From Octopus sinensis (lineage: Eukaryota): a DNA stretch of 64,000 bases. The position numbers and the translations under genes were made by a program. Below, piece by piece: positions 24,701 through 38,479 of the stretch. The stretch is from NCBI RefSeq assembly GCF_006345805.1, contig NC_043006.1:65844001-65908000 (forward strand), in the 5' to 3' direction. The notes under the pieces are model-generated. The model searched no databases and was not told where the DNA came from. It saw only the letters and a program-made list of their open reading frames with translations. Each line of letters starts with the position of its first letter. The first letter of the stretch is position 1.

Positions 24701-27700
24701 CCAGCACACTGTTAAGTGGTCAGTGTTGGGAAGGGTATCCAGCAGTAGAAACCATGCCACAACAGACAGTTGGAGTCTGGACAACTCCTTGCTAGCCAGG
24801 GTCATGTCAAACCATCCAACCCATGCCAACATGGAGTGCAGATGTTAAATGATGATGATGATGGTTAGAGGGTTATTGTGTCAAATAATTGGGTTAGAGA
24901 ATGGCATTTAACCCTACTTGAGTATTATTAATGTAGGCACAGTATGGCAATAGTTATCTTGAGGTTCCAATTTCAATTCCGCTCTGTGTCATCTTGGGCC
25001 ACTGTTATTTCCTGCAGCTTTGGGTTAACCCATACCTTGTGAGTGAAATTTTGTAAGTTACTGTTGAGTCAATTGTTCTCATAATTGGAACGGTAACAGC
25101 CTTGTTACACAATGTCACTCAGATTCATCATCATTTAGCATTCATTTCTCCATGCTTGCGTAGGTCAGGCGGGATTTAAAGCAGGTTTTTCTATGGCTGA
25201 ATGCTCTTCCTGTTGCCAACACTCCTGTTTCCAAGCAATATATTTCCCATGGTCAGACGTTTTTAGGGAAGACTGGAAATAAACAGTGCTTGTTTAAAAC
25301 AATACACACACACATACACATTTATACAATGGATTTCTCTCAATTTCTGTTTCCCAAATATTCATCTACCAGGTCTCAGCCTATTGAGTCCCCTTACAAG
25401 ACCTAGGTTTATCTGGGGTTATAAAAGGGTTCACTTACCTAAGGTGCCATGCAATGGGACTGAACGCCAGACCACATGGTTGGGAAGTAAGCTTCTTAGC
25501 CATACAGCCATACCTGAGAATTATACTAAGAGCACACCTCTCTGTAGAATGCTCAGCTACTTACCTGTTAATGTAGAAGCAGGTATTTCAGTTGATTGAA
25601 TGACTGAGTTGTCATTGTTGAAAAATAGAGGTCCACCCTGATGAGTAACTGGGACACATTGCTGGAGTTATGACTCAACCAACTGACAATCCATTTTCTC
25701 TCACTAAATGGTTCTCCACCTATGAGTCATTTTGGTTACTGTTTGCTGGTGGACCCCCATAGCCATTCAATGTTTAAAAACTAGTTTTATAGAAACTTTT
25801 AAAATTCCTATTTTGCTTATCATACATTCACTCGTGTAATGTAAAACCCATGTAAAAAGTCAGTTGTTTCTTGTAATAAATACATTAAAACCAAAATTTT
25901 TTGATGGACCCTTAAAATACTATTGTGGATTCTCAATTTACTATTTTGCTCATGCAGATCCCCAAAGATCTTATATGTACCCCCCCAGGGGTCATACGGA
26001 CTGTGTTTGAGAAGCACTGGTCTAAGATCAAGACTATCAGCTGGTCCACTTCTTCTTTAACTGTAAAGAACAAATGTTAGAGTTCAGCTCACTGTTTGTT
26101 AGCAGTAAGAGCACTCATTGTCTTATTAATGAGTATTTTGTCAAATTTCAAGGGTATATTTAACCTCGAACCAACTCTCTTATTGAAGTAATTCTCAGAG
26201 AGAAGTAAGGTACATGGGCTTATTAGCTTCGTGGTCTGGATTTCAATTCCACTGCTGGCAGTTTATTATTTATTTGAACTATACCCTTAATTTTACGATC
26301 TCTTGTTTTCCTTCTTTGTTTGTTACTGGCACTTGTGATGCCATTGAAGAATTCAGTCTTTGCTTTCTTGTGATTCATTCCTTACAACTTCTGTTAATTT
26401 CCCCCGTGGTTAGTCCATGCTTGAGAATAAAGTATCTGGCTATGTAGTCAAGAAGTTCAATTTGCAACTGTTGTAGTGAAAATGATACTCCATTTCCCAT
26501 GTGACAAAGTGGTATGAACCAGCCACTATGAAGTTAGACGGTCAGTTGTAGAAAGTCAGTAGTAGTAGTCATTGTATGAGTTCTCAGTTGAAGTCAGTGT
26601 TAGTTATGTGATATATACGAGTTTTAGTTACTGTCAAGGTAGATGTTTCAAGGTCATTGTCTTATGGAGCTATCAGCGATAGCACAATAGACGAGTCAAA
26701 GATAAGATGCGGAATACTTCCACAACATAATAGCCCTTTGTACAATAGGCACAAGGCCTGGATTTTGTAGAGAGTGGCACAGTCAATCATATCGACCCTA
26801 GTACTCAACTGGTACTTAATTTATTGACCCGTAAAGGATGAAAGTCCAAGTTGACTTCGGTGGAATTTGAACTCAGACGTAGCATCAGATGAAATACCAC
26901 TAAGCATTTCGCCCAGCATGCTAACAATTCTGCCACAACATAATAATGGCGATAAGAATATTGCAATGCCAACAACAACATACGAAGTGGAGGAGGATCT
27001 ACGCATAAGAGCAACTATGTGGTTTCCAGTTTTGTGTACACTGCTCCCAGCTGAAGAGGTTTTTTTATCTTGCAAGAGTCCTTGTGCTGGTTGATGTCAA
27101 AGGCAATCATGCTGGTTCATATAAATAGATCCTGTGTTGGTGCCATGTAAAAAGCACCCAGAACACTCTGTAAGGTGGTTGACATTACGAAGGGCATCCA
27201 GCTGTAGAAATCAATCCAAATCAGGCTGGAACTTGGTACAGCGCTCCAACTTGCTAGTTCTAGTCAAAGCAACAAACCCACCAGTGCCCACATGGAAGAC
27301 GGTCATTAAATGATGATGATGATGATGATGATAGACATGCACACCAAGCTTCTTCCAGTTTCTATCTCCCAGATGCCCTCACAAGGCTTTGGTTGGCTCA
27401 AGGCTATAGTATAGGACACTTGCCCAAGGTGCCACACAGTGGGACTGGATTTGGAACTGTAAGGTTGAGAAGCAAACTTCTTATCACACAGCTACACCTA
27501 TATATATATAATGTGTGTTTGTGTTTTACTTTTATGTTACTTAACTTATTGGTTAGGCAAATAGGAACTGATAAAGTGTGAGATCCTAGCCATGGCTGAT
27601 GCCAGTGTCGCATAACCTGCCTGTTTAAAAGTACCCTTTAATCGTAAGATGTTGAGTCAAGTGAAATCGTAGTTGTGGCCAATACCAGTGCTACCTGACT

Positions 27701-28185
27701 GGCACCCATGCTGCTGGCACGTAAAAAGCACTATTCAAGCGTGGTCAATGCCAGTGCCGCCTGACTGGCTTCTGCTCCTGTGCTGGTGGCACATAAAAAG
27801 CACCACTACTCTCTCGGAATGGTTAGCGTTAGGAAAGGCATCCAGCTGTAGAAACCTTGCCAGATCAGATTGAGGACTGGCAAGCCAGGAGGCTGCTGCA
27901 CCAGGCTCCAGTCAAACCATCCAACCCATGCCAGCATGGAAAGCAGGCATTAAACAATGATGATGATATGGGATTCATTTGAAGGTGATACTCCAGCTTT
28001 TTTTTTTGTTTCTAAGTAGAAATTGTTTAACAATTCAATTAATGCAGTCATTGTTAAATCTATAGACACCTTTAATTAGTGTTTTGACTGGTTTAGTGTC
28101 TTGGGAAATGTTTGGTTAATGTTTTGCCTTGTTCTTTTCTCTGCTCTCATCTAACATTCAATTTTTGTTTGCTTCTATTTTACAG

Positions 28186-28278
28186 GTTCACAAACACATG
28201 AGTAAGATAGATTCACAGTTACCAAACAATCTCAGGAAATCTTTATCCCCATCGCCATCGCCGGCTACATCTTCTTAA
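28186..28278 (+). CDS. LSM12: LSM12 homolog, terminal coding exon
   Basis: ctattttacag|GTT CAC AAA CAC ATG...TCT TCT TAA; VHKHMSKIDSQLPNNLRKSLSPSPSPATSS*. The start corresponds to vertebrate VEKHF; phase 0 is consistent. Confidence 0.85.
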   Translation, partial: VHKHMSKIDSQLPNNLRKSLSPSPSPATSS

Positions 28279-31200
28279 AGATTCTCTCACTTAGCACTCT
28301 TTTTCTCTCTCTCTCTCTGCTCTATTCTCAACTCCCTTCTATCTTTCCTTCATCTTATTTTCTACTTATTTTTTATTTATTTTTTTTTTCTTCTCTCTTC
28401 TCACCAGCACCTTTTCCCTGCCAACTTTCTTTTGGTCCTTCTGCCGTTCTTTCTCACCCCCAAACCCCAATTTGCTATAGAGAGTAAAGACAGCCAAAAC
28501 TTACATAGATTTACTGGGATCATGGTTGGAATCCCCTCCTCATCACCTCTGCTTCCCAGTTATTTTTACACAGCAGACCCCTGCCTTTTGTTTTGTTTTT
28601 ACATATATTTTTTTAATTATATTTTTATATTTATTTATTTAGCTTAAGTGTGTGGTAGGGGTTTGTTTGTGCGTCATTGAACAAGTTGGTGGGGGGAGGT
28701 TTGTTTGTTTGGTTGGTTGGTTGGTCAGTTGGCTACTGTTGAGTGACCCCCATCTTCCCAACCAGATTTCAGATCCAAGCTAAAGCTAATTAATTATCCT
28801 CGGGGAGGTGGGAATATAATGAATGTCACAATCCCTCTTTCCCCTTCACCAACCTCCTCTCTCTTTTAAAAAAATGTAGGGTCTTTACACTTTGCTACAA
28901 ACAAAACAAACAAACAAAAAATGTTTTCATGTCTGTGTAGTTACACATGAATGTAGCCGTGTGATGTATAGATGTTTGGGCATTGTGTGTGTGTGTGTGT
29001 GTGTGGTGGAGGTTATGTGCATGAATGATGATAGATAGGGTGGTGTTTCTGAAGCCGTGGGTACTGTCCCTCCTCTTATTTGACTTCAATTCTTTTAGAA
29101 CTCACCATTTCACTTCCTGGTTTTGCTTATATAACCTTAAAGACAGGTGGAGGGGTAGGGGGTGTTATTGACCCAGAATGGTTTGCAAGACATGGACATC
29201 ACAGTTTTGTGTGTGTCTCTCTTTCTGTCTGTCTGTCTCTCTCTCTCTCAAACATGTTTTGATATTACAATCCTAGGTGTGGTGGCGAGCTAGCAGAAAC
29301 ATTAGCAGGCTGGACGAAATGCTTAGCGGTGTTTTGTCTGTCTTTATGTTCTAAGTTCAAATTCCGCTGAGGCCGACTTCGCCTTTCATCCTTTCGGGGT
29401 TGATAAATTAAGTACCAGTTGCATACTGGAGTTGATCTAATCGACTGGCCCCCTCCCCCCAAATTTCGGGTCTTGTGCCTAGAGTAGAAAAGGTTATCAC
29501 AATCTTAGGTGCATGGTACACTGAGATTAATAAAGCAAAACCATGGCTGGGATCCCTTAGGTGAGAGATCTGCTCAATTACCATTCACCTGAAAGCTTTC
29601 ATGCCTGTCTCACAGATAACAAACGTGTGTGTGCGTTGAGTGATGTTATTGTGTTGTTGTAGAGTTAGTGGTGAGATTGTGTTGTTGTATGGAGGGCATG
29701 TGTGTGTGCATGCTCCGGGGGAAGAATGTTTTGTTTTTTTTTGTCTAATCAGTATATTTAGGATGAAATGCTTGATAAAAGAAAATTAAAACCCCTTATA
29801 ATGGGCACAGTAGGTGGTGGTGTTGGGGTGGTTAGATGAGGTGCTGGACTTAATACCCGTGATAACATAGTCAACGTTTGTATTAAACTGCAAGATTACC
29901 TAGTAATGTTCTGTGTATGTGGTGGTAGTAGTGGGGGAACCATCTGCCTTCTCTGACCAATTTGAGCAAAAGACATAACTCTGCTTGTTCTTCTTCACAT
30001 GGTTAACAACAACAACAACAAGAGGCCACCCTATCCTCTGAGTTCTAACTCCTGCTGCTTTTTTTTTTTTCCTTTTTTTTTACCTTTTGCCACAACTACA
30101 CACACACACACTGACCCATCTGAAATCAATGAAAAAATTATTAGTCATTCACTGATCTCGACTTAAAAAAACTCTCTCTGTTTTATCTGCCTGTATTGGT
30201 AAAATTATTCTTAGCTGTTGAGGTCCGATAGTGTTAAAACATTCTATTATTTTACTATCAGTTTGAGCCAGAGGCTGTGCCCATGCTGAAGCACTGCCAT
30301 TAGCATTCATTAGTTGTTCATTTCCTGACCCTCTCTTCAGAATTGGTCCTGGTGAAATTGTGACTTGGACAGAGCTGCCTTTCTTTGTGTTTCTTGCCAT
30401 GATGTTGGTTAATCAAGTATATGAGAAAAAAAATGTCAGTGTTCTCTAAACACATTCACATCAACACCTTGTACATCTCTGAGGCCTTTTGGCAAGGTAT
30501 TGAAAAGTAGTAGACCTTTGAACCCTCTTCCTCGAGACATAAAGATTTTTGATAATCGTAATTTCACACACACACACACACACACACAAAATACGTTTCT
30601 TTCAATTTCCCTTTACCAAATCCACTCAAGGCTTTGGTTGGCCTAGGGTTATAGGAAATGACACTTGCTCAATGCATACACCATAGAAAGTCATCTTTTG
30701 AACTACTAGGTATGATCTGCATGTCCAGTATTCCATACATATCACTCCTGCACCATCTGATATTGAACACATCATCACCACCACTACCACCACCACTGCC
30801 AATACTGTGCTCTCTGATGACATACCCTGGTTTATTTATTGTATGGTGACCATGCATCAAGGCAGTCCTGTGTCTGTAAGGTTACATTGCTTGCATAAGC
30901 CAGTTGGTTCCTGAATGCTTGTAGTCCCAGGTTGTGGTTGCTGTTGAGACAGATCTGAAGTGACTTGTGTGTGAATGTATTATTTCATTTAGTGTGTGTG
31001 TGTGCATGTATGTATGTGTGTGTCTTTGTTTTGCTGTATCAACATTTGTCCCTGAGAGCCCCGTATTCCTCTAGCCCTCTCCCTGGTGTATTAATGGAGG
31101 AGGGACAGAGGTTCTGTTTTTTTTTTTTGTTCCTTTCTTAACGTGAGAAATTGTTTCCTTGAATTTTTTTGCTCTATTTATTATTATTATTATTGTTATC

Positions 31201-32910
31201 TTGTTATTTTTGTCACTATGTTATGTTTTTTTAATACAATTCACACACACAAATGAAACCCTTGAACAATGAAATCTCACACACTGCCCCAACTCCTCCA
31301 ACCTATTGCTCAACTGAAGGGTTTTTTCTTTGTCTTTTTTCCTTTTCCCCCTCTCTCTCTCTCTCCTCTCTCTCTCCAGTGTCATTTCTTGTAGCAAGTC
31401 CCTTGTCATTACAGCAGTTTTGTTTTCCAGGTTGCATGTAATCAACAGCACAAATTGTGCAATGAGTGACAACTGCTGCACTGTACTAAAAGAAAAAAAA
31501 AAAGAAAATTTACTCTCCACCCTCTCTCTTTCCCTCTCTTTCACTCTTCTGTCACACTCTCCTCCACCTCACCTCTTCTTTCACAGCAACATTGCAGATG
31601 GAGAACAAATCTATATGCAATCTAAAAAGAGAAAAATGCTAGTCTTGTTGTTGTTGTCATTGTTGGCACTACAAATTCTGCAATTGCTTTGGTTGTTGTT
31701 GCCACAGAAAGGGCCACCATCACCACCACTACTACTATAATTGTGATTGTTAAAAGTTAGAAGGGATATTGCTGTGGACATCTGACTGCAGAGCTGCAGC
31801 CAACATTGTAGGTGTTCAAAGGTCAGATTTTTACCTGGTCTGACCCGACAGCCCTTTATGTATTTTTGCTGGACCCTTTCCCCCATCCCATAAAAAAAGT
31901 CTGGTGGTGAATCTTTTGATCATTTGACTGAATTTTCTTTTCTTCTTTCATCCTACAACACTAATTCTTAAAAAAATTTATTAGGCAAAGTGGAATAAAC
32001 TCTCTCCCTCTCTCTCTCTCCTCTCCCTCTCTCTCTCTCTCCTCTCCCTCTCTCTCTCTCCCTTTTCCTTTCTTTCCCTGTCTCCTTATTTAATTTCCAT
32101 TCTAGTTCCAAATGGCAACAATTGAGAACAACCTCAAAAAAAAAAAAAAATGGGAGTGGGGTCCACAGATGGAATGTCTTTGATCTTAGGTCTGGTCTAT
32201 TTACTCAATGATGGCTGGCCTTGGGCTAAACTACTGCACAAAGAACAATAACAATGACAACAGCAACATTATTATCACTATTATTATTGAAGGTGGCGTG
32301 CTAGCAGAATCATTAGCAATCCGGGCAAGATGCTTTGCAGCATTTTGTCTGTCTTAACGTTCTGAGTTCAATTTCTGCTGAGGTCGACTTTGCCTTTCAT
32401 CCTTTCGGAGTCAATAAAATAAGTACCAGTTGAGTACTGGAGGTCAATGTGATCGACTTACCTCCTTCCTGGAAATTGCTGGCCTTGTGCCAAAATTTAA
32501 AACTATTATTAATGATGATGATGCTTGAAATAGGAAGATGAATTGAAGGGAAAATGTCAGAATTTTGAAAATTTGTTGGAAACAAAAAAAAAAAAATATG
32601 GGAGAGCTCCCTCCCATCCCCTCCCTCCTCCCCTCCCTTTCATCCTTCTAAAAAAAAATAACCCACACACTTTTGAACTCTTTTAATGATGTTTCTAAAC
32701 TATTGACAATACATTTGACTTCCAATAACTTAAATTCAGACATCGTTGGAGAAATACAACTTAAAAAAATAAAAAAAAATTTAAAATACAACAAAAAGCA
32801 AACAATTGAAAAATAAAGACAAAAAAACTGTTAAAAAGAAAAAGTTGAAAAATGCTGAAAAACCAAACAAAAAAATTAAAAAAATAAAACTAGAAAGAAA
32901 AACTTGACAA
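28279..32910 (+). other. Probable long LSM12 3' UTR
   Basis: TE-poor stretch after the stop, with U/C-rich tracts. AATAAA motifs near 32770-32890 are followed by a GT/T-rich tract. The end point is inferred, not demonstrated. Confidence 0.35.
31981..32063. repeat. (CT)n-type tandem repeat with ~20-bp periodicity
   Basis: Three units of ctctccctctctctctctc(t)c at about 32000-32063. Confidence 0.7.
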
Positions 32911-34041
32911 AAACCTAAAGCATTGTTTGTTTTAAAAATTTGATGTTTGTTTAAACATTTTAATGTGTGTGTATCATCATTATCATCATCATCATTGTTT
33001 AATGTCCATTTTCCATACTAGCATGGGTTGGATGGTTTGACTTAGGTTTGGAGAGCCAGTGGCTGCACCAGGCTCCAATCCGATCTGGCAATGTTTCTAC
33101 AGCTGGATGCCAACCACGCCAAGAGTGTAGTAGGTGCTTTTTACATGCTGCCAGCACAGGAACCAGTCAGGCGGGCCTGGCATTGATCATGTTTGGATGG
33201 TACTTTTTGCATGCCACTGGCACAAGAGCCAGTCAGCAGGTACTGGCATCGGTTACAATCGGTTGGTGCTTTATGTATGCAGCAGATATTGAAACTGCTA
33301 AACTTCTGTTCTGAAATTACAGGTAAAGTTCAGTTCTACTATAGGGAACCTTAGGCAAGTATCCTATATCATACCACCAGGTCATTGAGCAAATTTAGTG
33401 GAAAAAAATACAGTGGAGTCTTTTGTGTATGTAAAAAGCTCCCATGGTAGTGCCACCTAGAAAACACCCAGTACACTCTGTAAAGTGGTTGCTGTTAGGA
33501 AGAACATTGGACTCTGAAATCCATGCAGAAACAGGCAATTGGTTCCTGGTGCAGTTCTCTTGCTTGCCAGCTCCTGCCAAAATGTCCAATCCATGCCAGC
33601 ATGGAAAATTCACATTAAATGATAAGACAGAGAGAGAGAGAGGGAGCTTGGCACAGTCCTCTAGCTTGCCAGCTCCTGTCAAAGCATCCAACCCATGGAA
33701 GATAGACATTAAATGATGATTTTATATATATATATATATATTGTCGCTACCTTTGAAATGCAGATTAGATACAACAGGAGACAACTGATGAAGGGAATGT
33801 TCTTTATGTTGCATGTCTCATTTCTCTGTTTCTTTCGTTGTTCGAAAAAAATGTTCATTTTCTATGTTTTTGTTTTCTATGTTCTCGTTTCTCATTTTTG
33901 TCTACGTTTTTTTGATGACCTGTACCCATATATGTATGTATATATACATATAGGAGAGTTTACAAAAAAAAAACAAAAGACGAAGACAGGTGGTGTACAA
34001 AACAAACAGATGTATTAGTATAACGCTCAGGAATAGAAAAA

Positions 34042-34083
34042 GTCTTTTACGTTTCGAGCCTATGCTCTTCTACAGAAAGGGAC
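34042..34083 (-). ncRNA. Putative minimal type I hammerhead ribozyme, variant core, within a ~190-bp repeat (33953-34144)
   Basis: Minus strand GUCCCUUU-CUGUAGA-A-GAGC(AUAG)GCUC-GAA-ACGU-A-AAAGAC. Stem I is CUUU/AAAG, stem II has 4 bp, and stem III is the palindrome ACGU with a GUA triplet. The core deviates from CUGANGA. Confidence 0.5.
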
Positions 34084-34287
34084 ACAGAAAAAAAACAAGG
34101 GGAGAAAATGTGTGTAGTGGCTAATAATCTATCATGGCGACTGATAGATATATATACATATATATGTAGGTAGGTACATACATATGTATATATATATTAT
34201 ATATATGTGTGTTTGTGCATACCCTTGTCTTGATATCACTCAGTGATTGTAAATATGCATCATTGTAATACAAATGTTGTTTCCAGT

Positions 34288-35155
34288 CTGAAAAAAAAAA
34301 ACCCTGTGGTCATGGGAAATATTTACCTTACATGGAAATGGGTGAGGGTTGGTGAAAGGAAAGTTGAAAGATTTATCTTGAATTTCGTCTGACCCATGTA
34401 AGCATGGAAAAGTGAGCATTAAATACAGGTAACATACTGTGCATATCTTTCACCGAGGTATTATTAGTGTTGTAGGTGAGATCAATAAACTTTAGCTTGA
34501 AGAACATTGGAGAATGAAGAAACAAAACAATCATCATACAAGGCACGTAGTCAGCCTCATTTACGTGTACATGCATCACGCACTCTTTCTGTGTCTGGTA
34601 AGAATCTTGCTTTTCAACCACATGGTTCCGAATTCAGTCTCACTGTGTGATGCCTTGGGGCAAAATGTCTTCTATGGCCTCGGGCCAACCAAAGACTTCT
34701 GTGTGGGTTTTGTGGATGGAAACTGAAAAAAAAAAAACCTGTGGTCATGGGAAATATTTACCTTACATGGAAATGGGTGAGGGTTGGTGAAAGGAAAGTT
34801 GAAAGATTTATCTTGAATTTCGTCTGACCCATGTAAGCATGGAAAAGTGAGCATTAAATACAGGTAACATACTGTGCATATCTTTCACCGAGGTATTATT
34901 AGTGTTGTAGGTGAGATCAAAACTTTAGCTTGAAGAACATTGGAGAATGAAGAAACAAAACAATCATCATACAAGGCACGTAGTCAGCCTCATTTACGTG
35001 TACATGCATCACGCACTCTTTCTGTGTCTGGTAAGAATCTTGCTTTTCAACCACATGGTTCCGAATTCAGTCTCACTGTGTGATGCCTTGGGGCAAAATG
35101 TCTTCTATGGCCTCGGGCCAACCAAAGACTTCTGTGTGGGTTTTGTGGATGGAAA
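34288..35155 (+). repeat. Near-identical tandem duplication (435 + 433 bp)
   Basis: Units 34288-34722 and 34723-35155 both begin CTG(A)n. They differ only in homopolymer length and a small indel (gatcaataaac versus gatcaaaac). Confidence 0.95.
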
Positions 35156-36154
35156 CTGAAAAAAAAAAAGAGTCTGTCATATATATATATATATATGCAT
35201 AGGAGCGGCTATTTGGTAAGTAGTTTGCTTATGAACCACATGGTTCCAGGTTTAGTCCTACTGCATGGCACCTTGGGCAAGTGTCTCCTACTATAGCCTC
35301 AGGTCAACCGAAGCCTTGTGAGTGCATTTGGTAGACGGAAACTGAAAGAAGCCGGTCACACATATATATATATATATATGTTTGTCCCCCCCCCCACATC
35401 GCTTGACAATTGATGTTGGTGTGTTTATGTCCCCGTAACTTAGAGGTACTGCAAAAGAGACCGGTAGAATAAGTACTAGGCTTACAAAAAATAAATCCTG
35501 GGGGCGATTTGCTCGACTAAATGTGGTGCTCCAGCATGGCCACAGTCAAATGACTGAAATAAGTAAAAGAGAGTATATGTGTGTGTATGTACCCCCACCC
35601 CATCGCTTGACCAATGTTGGTGTGTTTACGTCCCTGTAACCTAGCGCTTCAGCAAAAGAGACCAATAGTAGTGGAGTCAATTCATTTGACAAAAAATGCA
35701 AGGTGGTGTTACAGTAACAAAATATAGGCTTGTTGTCATTTGTTGAAAGAAAACAAAATAGCGATATTTGTCTGACAAATATAACACTTTAGTTGAAAAT
35801 ATTTCCCGTCATTCCATGAACGTCTTTGTAAATCTGCTGAAAGCCACAAATTGCAGTCTGTAAAAATAAAAGAGGACATTATATCTAACCCTAAACCAAA
35901 GAAAAACATGATCCAAATCATATAGTTTAAAGGGAGATAAATTGATAATTTAAGGGAGGTAACTTTTGTTTCCATTGGTGAGTGTTGAAAGAATTTCTCA
36001 ATGGGTCGTGATGATTGATTCATGTTATTTAGTACATAACTATGTCATGTACATACTATCATCCAGTTAGCTTCCAATAATGTGATTTGGTTATTACTGA
36101 GAAATGCTTCTTTACATTATTTGTTCCCCAAATATATTTTACCGTTTTTTTTTG

Positions 36155-36400
36155 TCTTCATCATCATCGTTCGACTGTGGTCGAGACAATGGAATTTACC
36201 ATGCTACGGTCCAGACTTCACGGTCCATCATAGCATTACGGAGGCCCTGTTGCTGGATGCCTGTATCCCTGGAGATTACATCAGGGTAGGAGAGTGTGCA
36301 CCCTCTGGTATCGCAAGTAGATGGCTTCCAGTCTCAATCGCTACTTTTTTGTCTTGCCACCTCTCATTAACTAGAAGGGATGATCAGAAGAACACATAAT
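36155..36400 (-). mobile_element. RTE-clade LINE 3' end
   Basis: Minus strand ...TLSYPDVISRDTGIQQQGLRNAMMDREVW, then a (gat)n tail. Resembles RTE/RTEX C-termini. Confidence 0.6.
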
Positions 36401-38479
36401 TGCATTACGTTACAGAGACCAAATGTCTCTTTCTTTCTCTCTCACTGGAGAGGGTCGGGTAAATTCTAACTTTCTGACTGTCCATTTGAGAAAAACTTAG
36501 TCAATCCCAGATTTTATGGTCCAAAAACAGAAATATTTCAAAATAAATACTTAACAGCCCAATTCAGTTGATGAATTGAAATATTGGTGGTTGAAGTGTT
36601 GCACTCACAATCATAAAATTGTGGTTTCAATTCCTACCCCAGGCAGTTCATTGTATTCTTAAGCAAAACACTTCATCGTGTATTGTTCTGCAATCATTTT
36701 TACATTTGATGGAGGGAGTGAGCTAATGTATGATACAAGACTTTGATCCCTATAAACAAACCGTTTGTCTTGGTGGTCGTGGAGACATTCATCAAGGAAT
36801 TGCAGAATCGTCTTTTTGGGATTCAAGATTCTACCAAGAAGAATGGAGAAATGCAATGTGTTGTGTTAGCTTTCAAAAATGAATTTAGTACATTCAGTAA
36901 AGCGAAAGAGCTTAACTGAGAATTGAAACATTTTCTGCTTAAATATCATCATCATCATCATTTAACATCTGCTCTCCATGCTGGCATGGGTTGGATGGTT
37001 TGACAGGAGCTGATAAGCTGGAGTGCTGCACTAGGCTTCAGTCACCTGTTGCGGCATAGTTTTTATGGCTGAATGCCATTCCTAACGCCAACCACTTTAC
37101 AGAGTGTCTATAACATGTCACCAGCACCAACTATGCCCATCGTTTCAATAAGTGTGAGGTGTCTTCTCAAGCACAGCAGTCCAGGGCCAGTTTTCATAAG
37201 TGGATGATTATTATAAATTGGCTGCATGGATTTTGGTTAATTATTGATGAGTTTTATTTTTTAATTATATCTTAATTTATTTACTACTGGAGGGAAGACA
37301 AAAGTTGGCTGAGGCATCATTTGAACTCAGAACCCAAAATAAGTGGATACTAATATGATGGATTTAATTAGTCACTTGGTTATTTCAGCTAATTTCTCAC
37401 TCCCACTAACTGCTTTGTTACTAAGGGACAAGCCCACTAATTCCCAACACACAGAAGATTAAATTGTGTCACATTCATGCTTTACCTCTGTCACCTTAAT
37501 AAACTGGTAACAAAAACTACTAGAAATAGCAGTTAAATCTCTCTCAAATCACATCTACTTAAAAATGGGGAGAAATGTTACATAATATAGTCCTACATAT
37601 AGTATATCTGAGAAAAAAAAATTGTCACATCTAGAACAGCCTTGATTATATATCAGTTCTTGAACTAACCTGGGGCTAAAGACCAACAGTTAGGGTTACA
37701 GGGATCTTTTATCTTAATCCTTTACGACAACAAAAGCCCATTAATGAATGATTTCTCTAACCCACTTCAATTCCTTCCCCTATCAACAGTCCAAATAGAC
37801 AGCTTATATAAATCCAAGGTCACAGTCAACAGATAAAAATATGATGTTCAAGTACTTTTCAACTTCAGGTAGTCCTTAATGGACCTTTTCTTAATCTATA
37901 AACTGATTTCTGTACTGAATTTCTAATCAAAACAAGGGCAAAGGTGGTTGTTGTCGTTTAAACCCAAGTCAGCCCTTATCAAGTAGTGTCTCCATAATTT
38001 CTTCAAACAAAAGATCAATGACTGATAACCCTGTATAAACATTATTACTGTTGTTTGTGCTTTAAGGGAGGGTGAGGGTATAAACCCCAACAGCCATAGT
38101 ATTCCTGTGAGGAGCAATGACACACTGAGTATTACCATCTTTCAAAGACACTCTGATGGATGAAAGCTACACAAATCGACTAATTCACGAGCATGCAAAC
38201 ATAGATTCAGTCCTCAATAATTATTCTTTTCTACTCTAGGCACAAGGCCTGAAATTTGGGGGGAGGGGCCAGTCGATTAGATCGACCCAGTACATATCTA
38301 GTACTTAATTTATCGACCCCAAAAGGATGAAAAGCAAAGTCGACCTCGGCAGAATTTGAACTCAAAACATAAAGACAGACAAAATGCCGCTAAGCATTTT
38401 GCCCGGCATACTAACGTTTCTACCAGCTCGCCGCCTCAGTCCTCAATAATAATTGACACTCTAAAAAACTCAGACGAAG

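Noticed and set aside
25647-25682. CTGATGAG followed by a stem (gtaact/agttat) resembling a hammerhead
   Set aside because: The stem is followed by GACTC, not GAAA, and there is no stem III or cleavage triplet.
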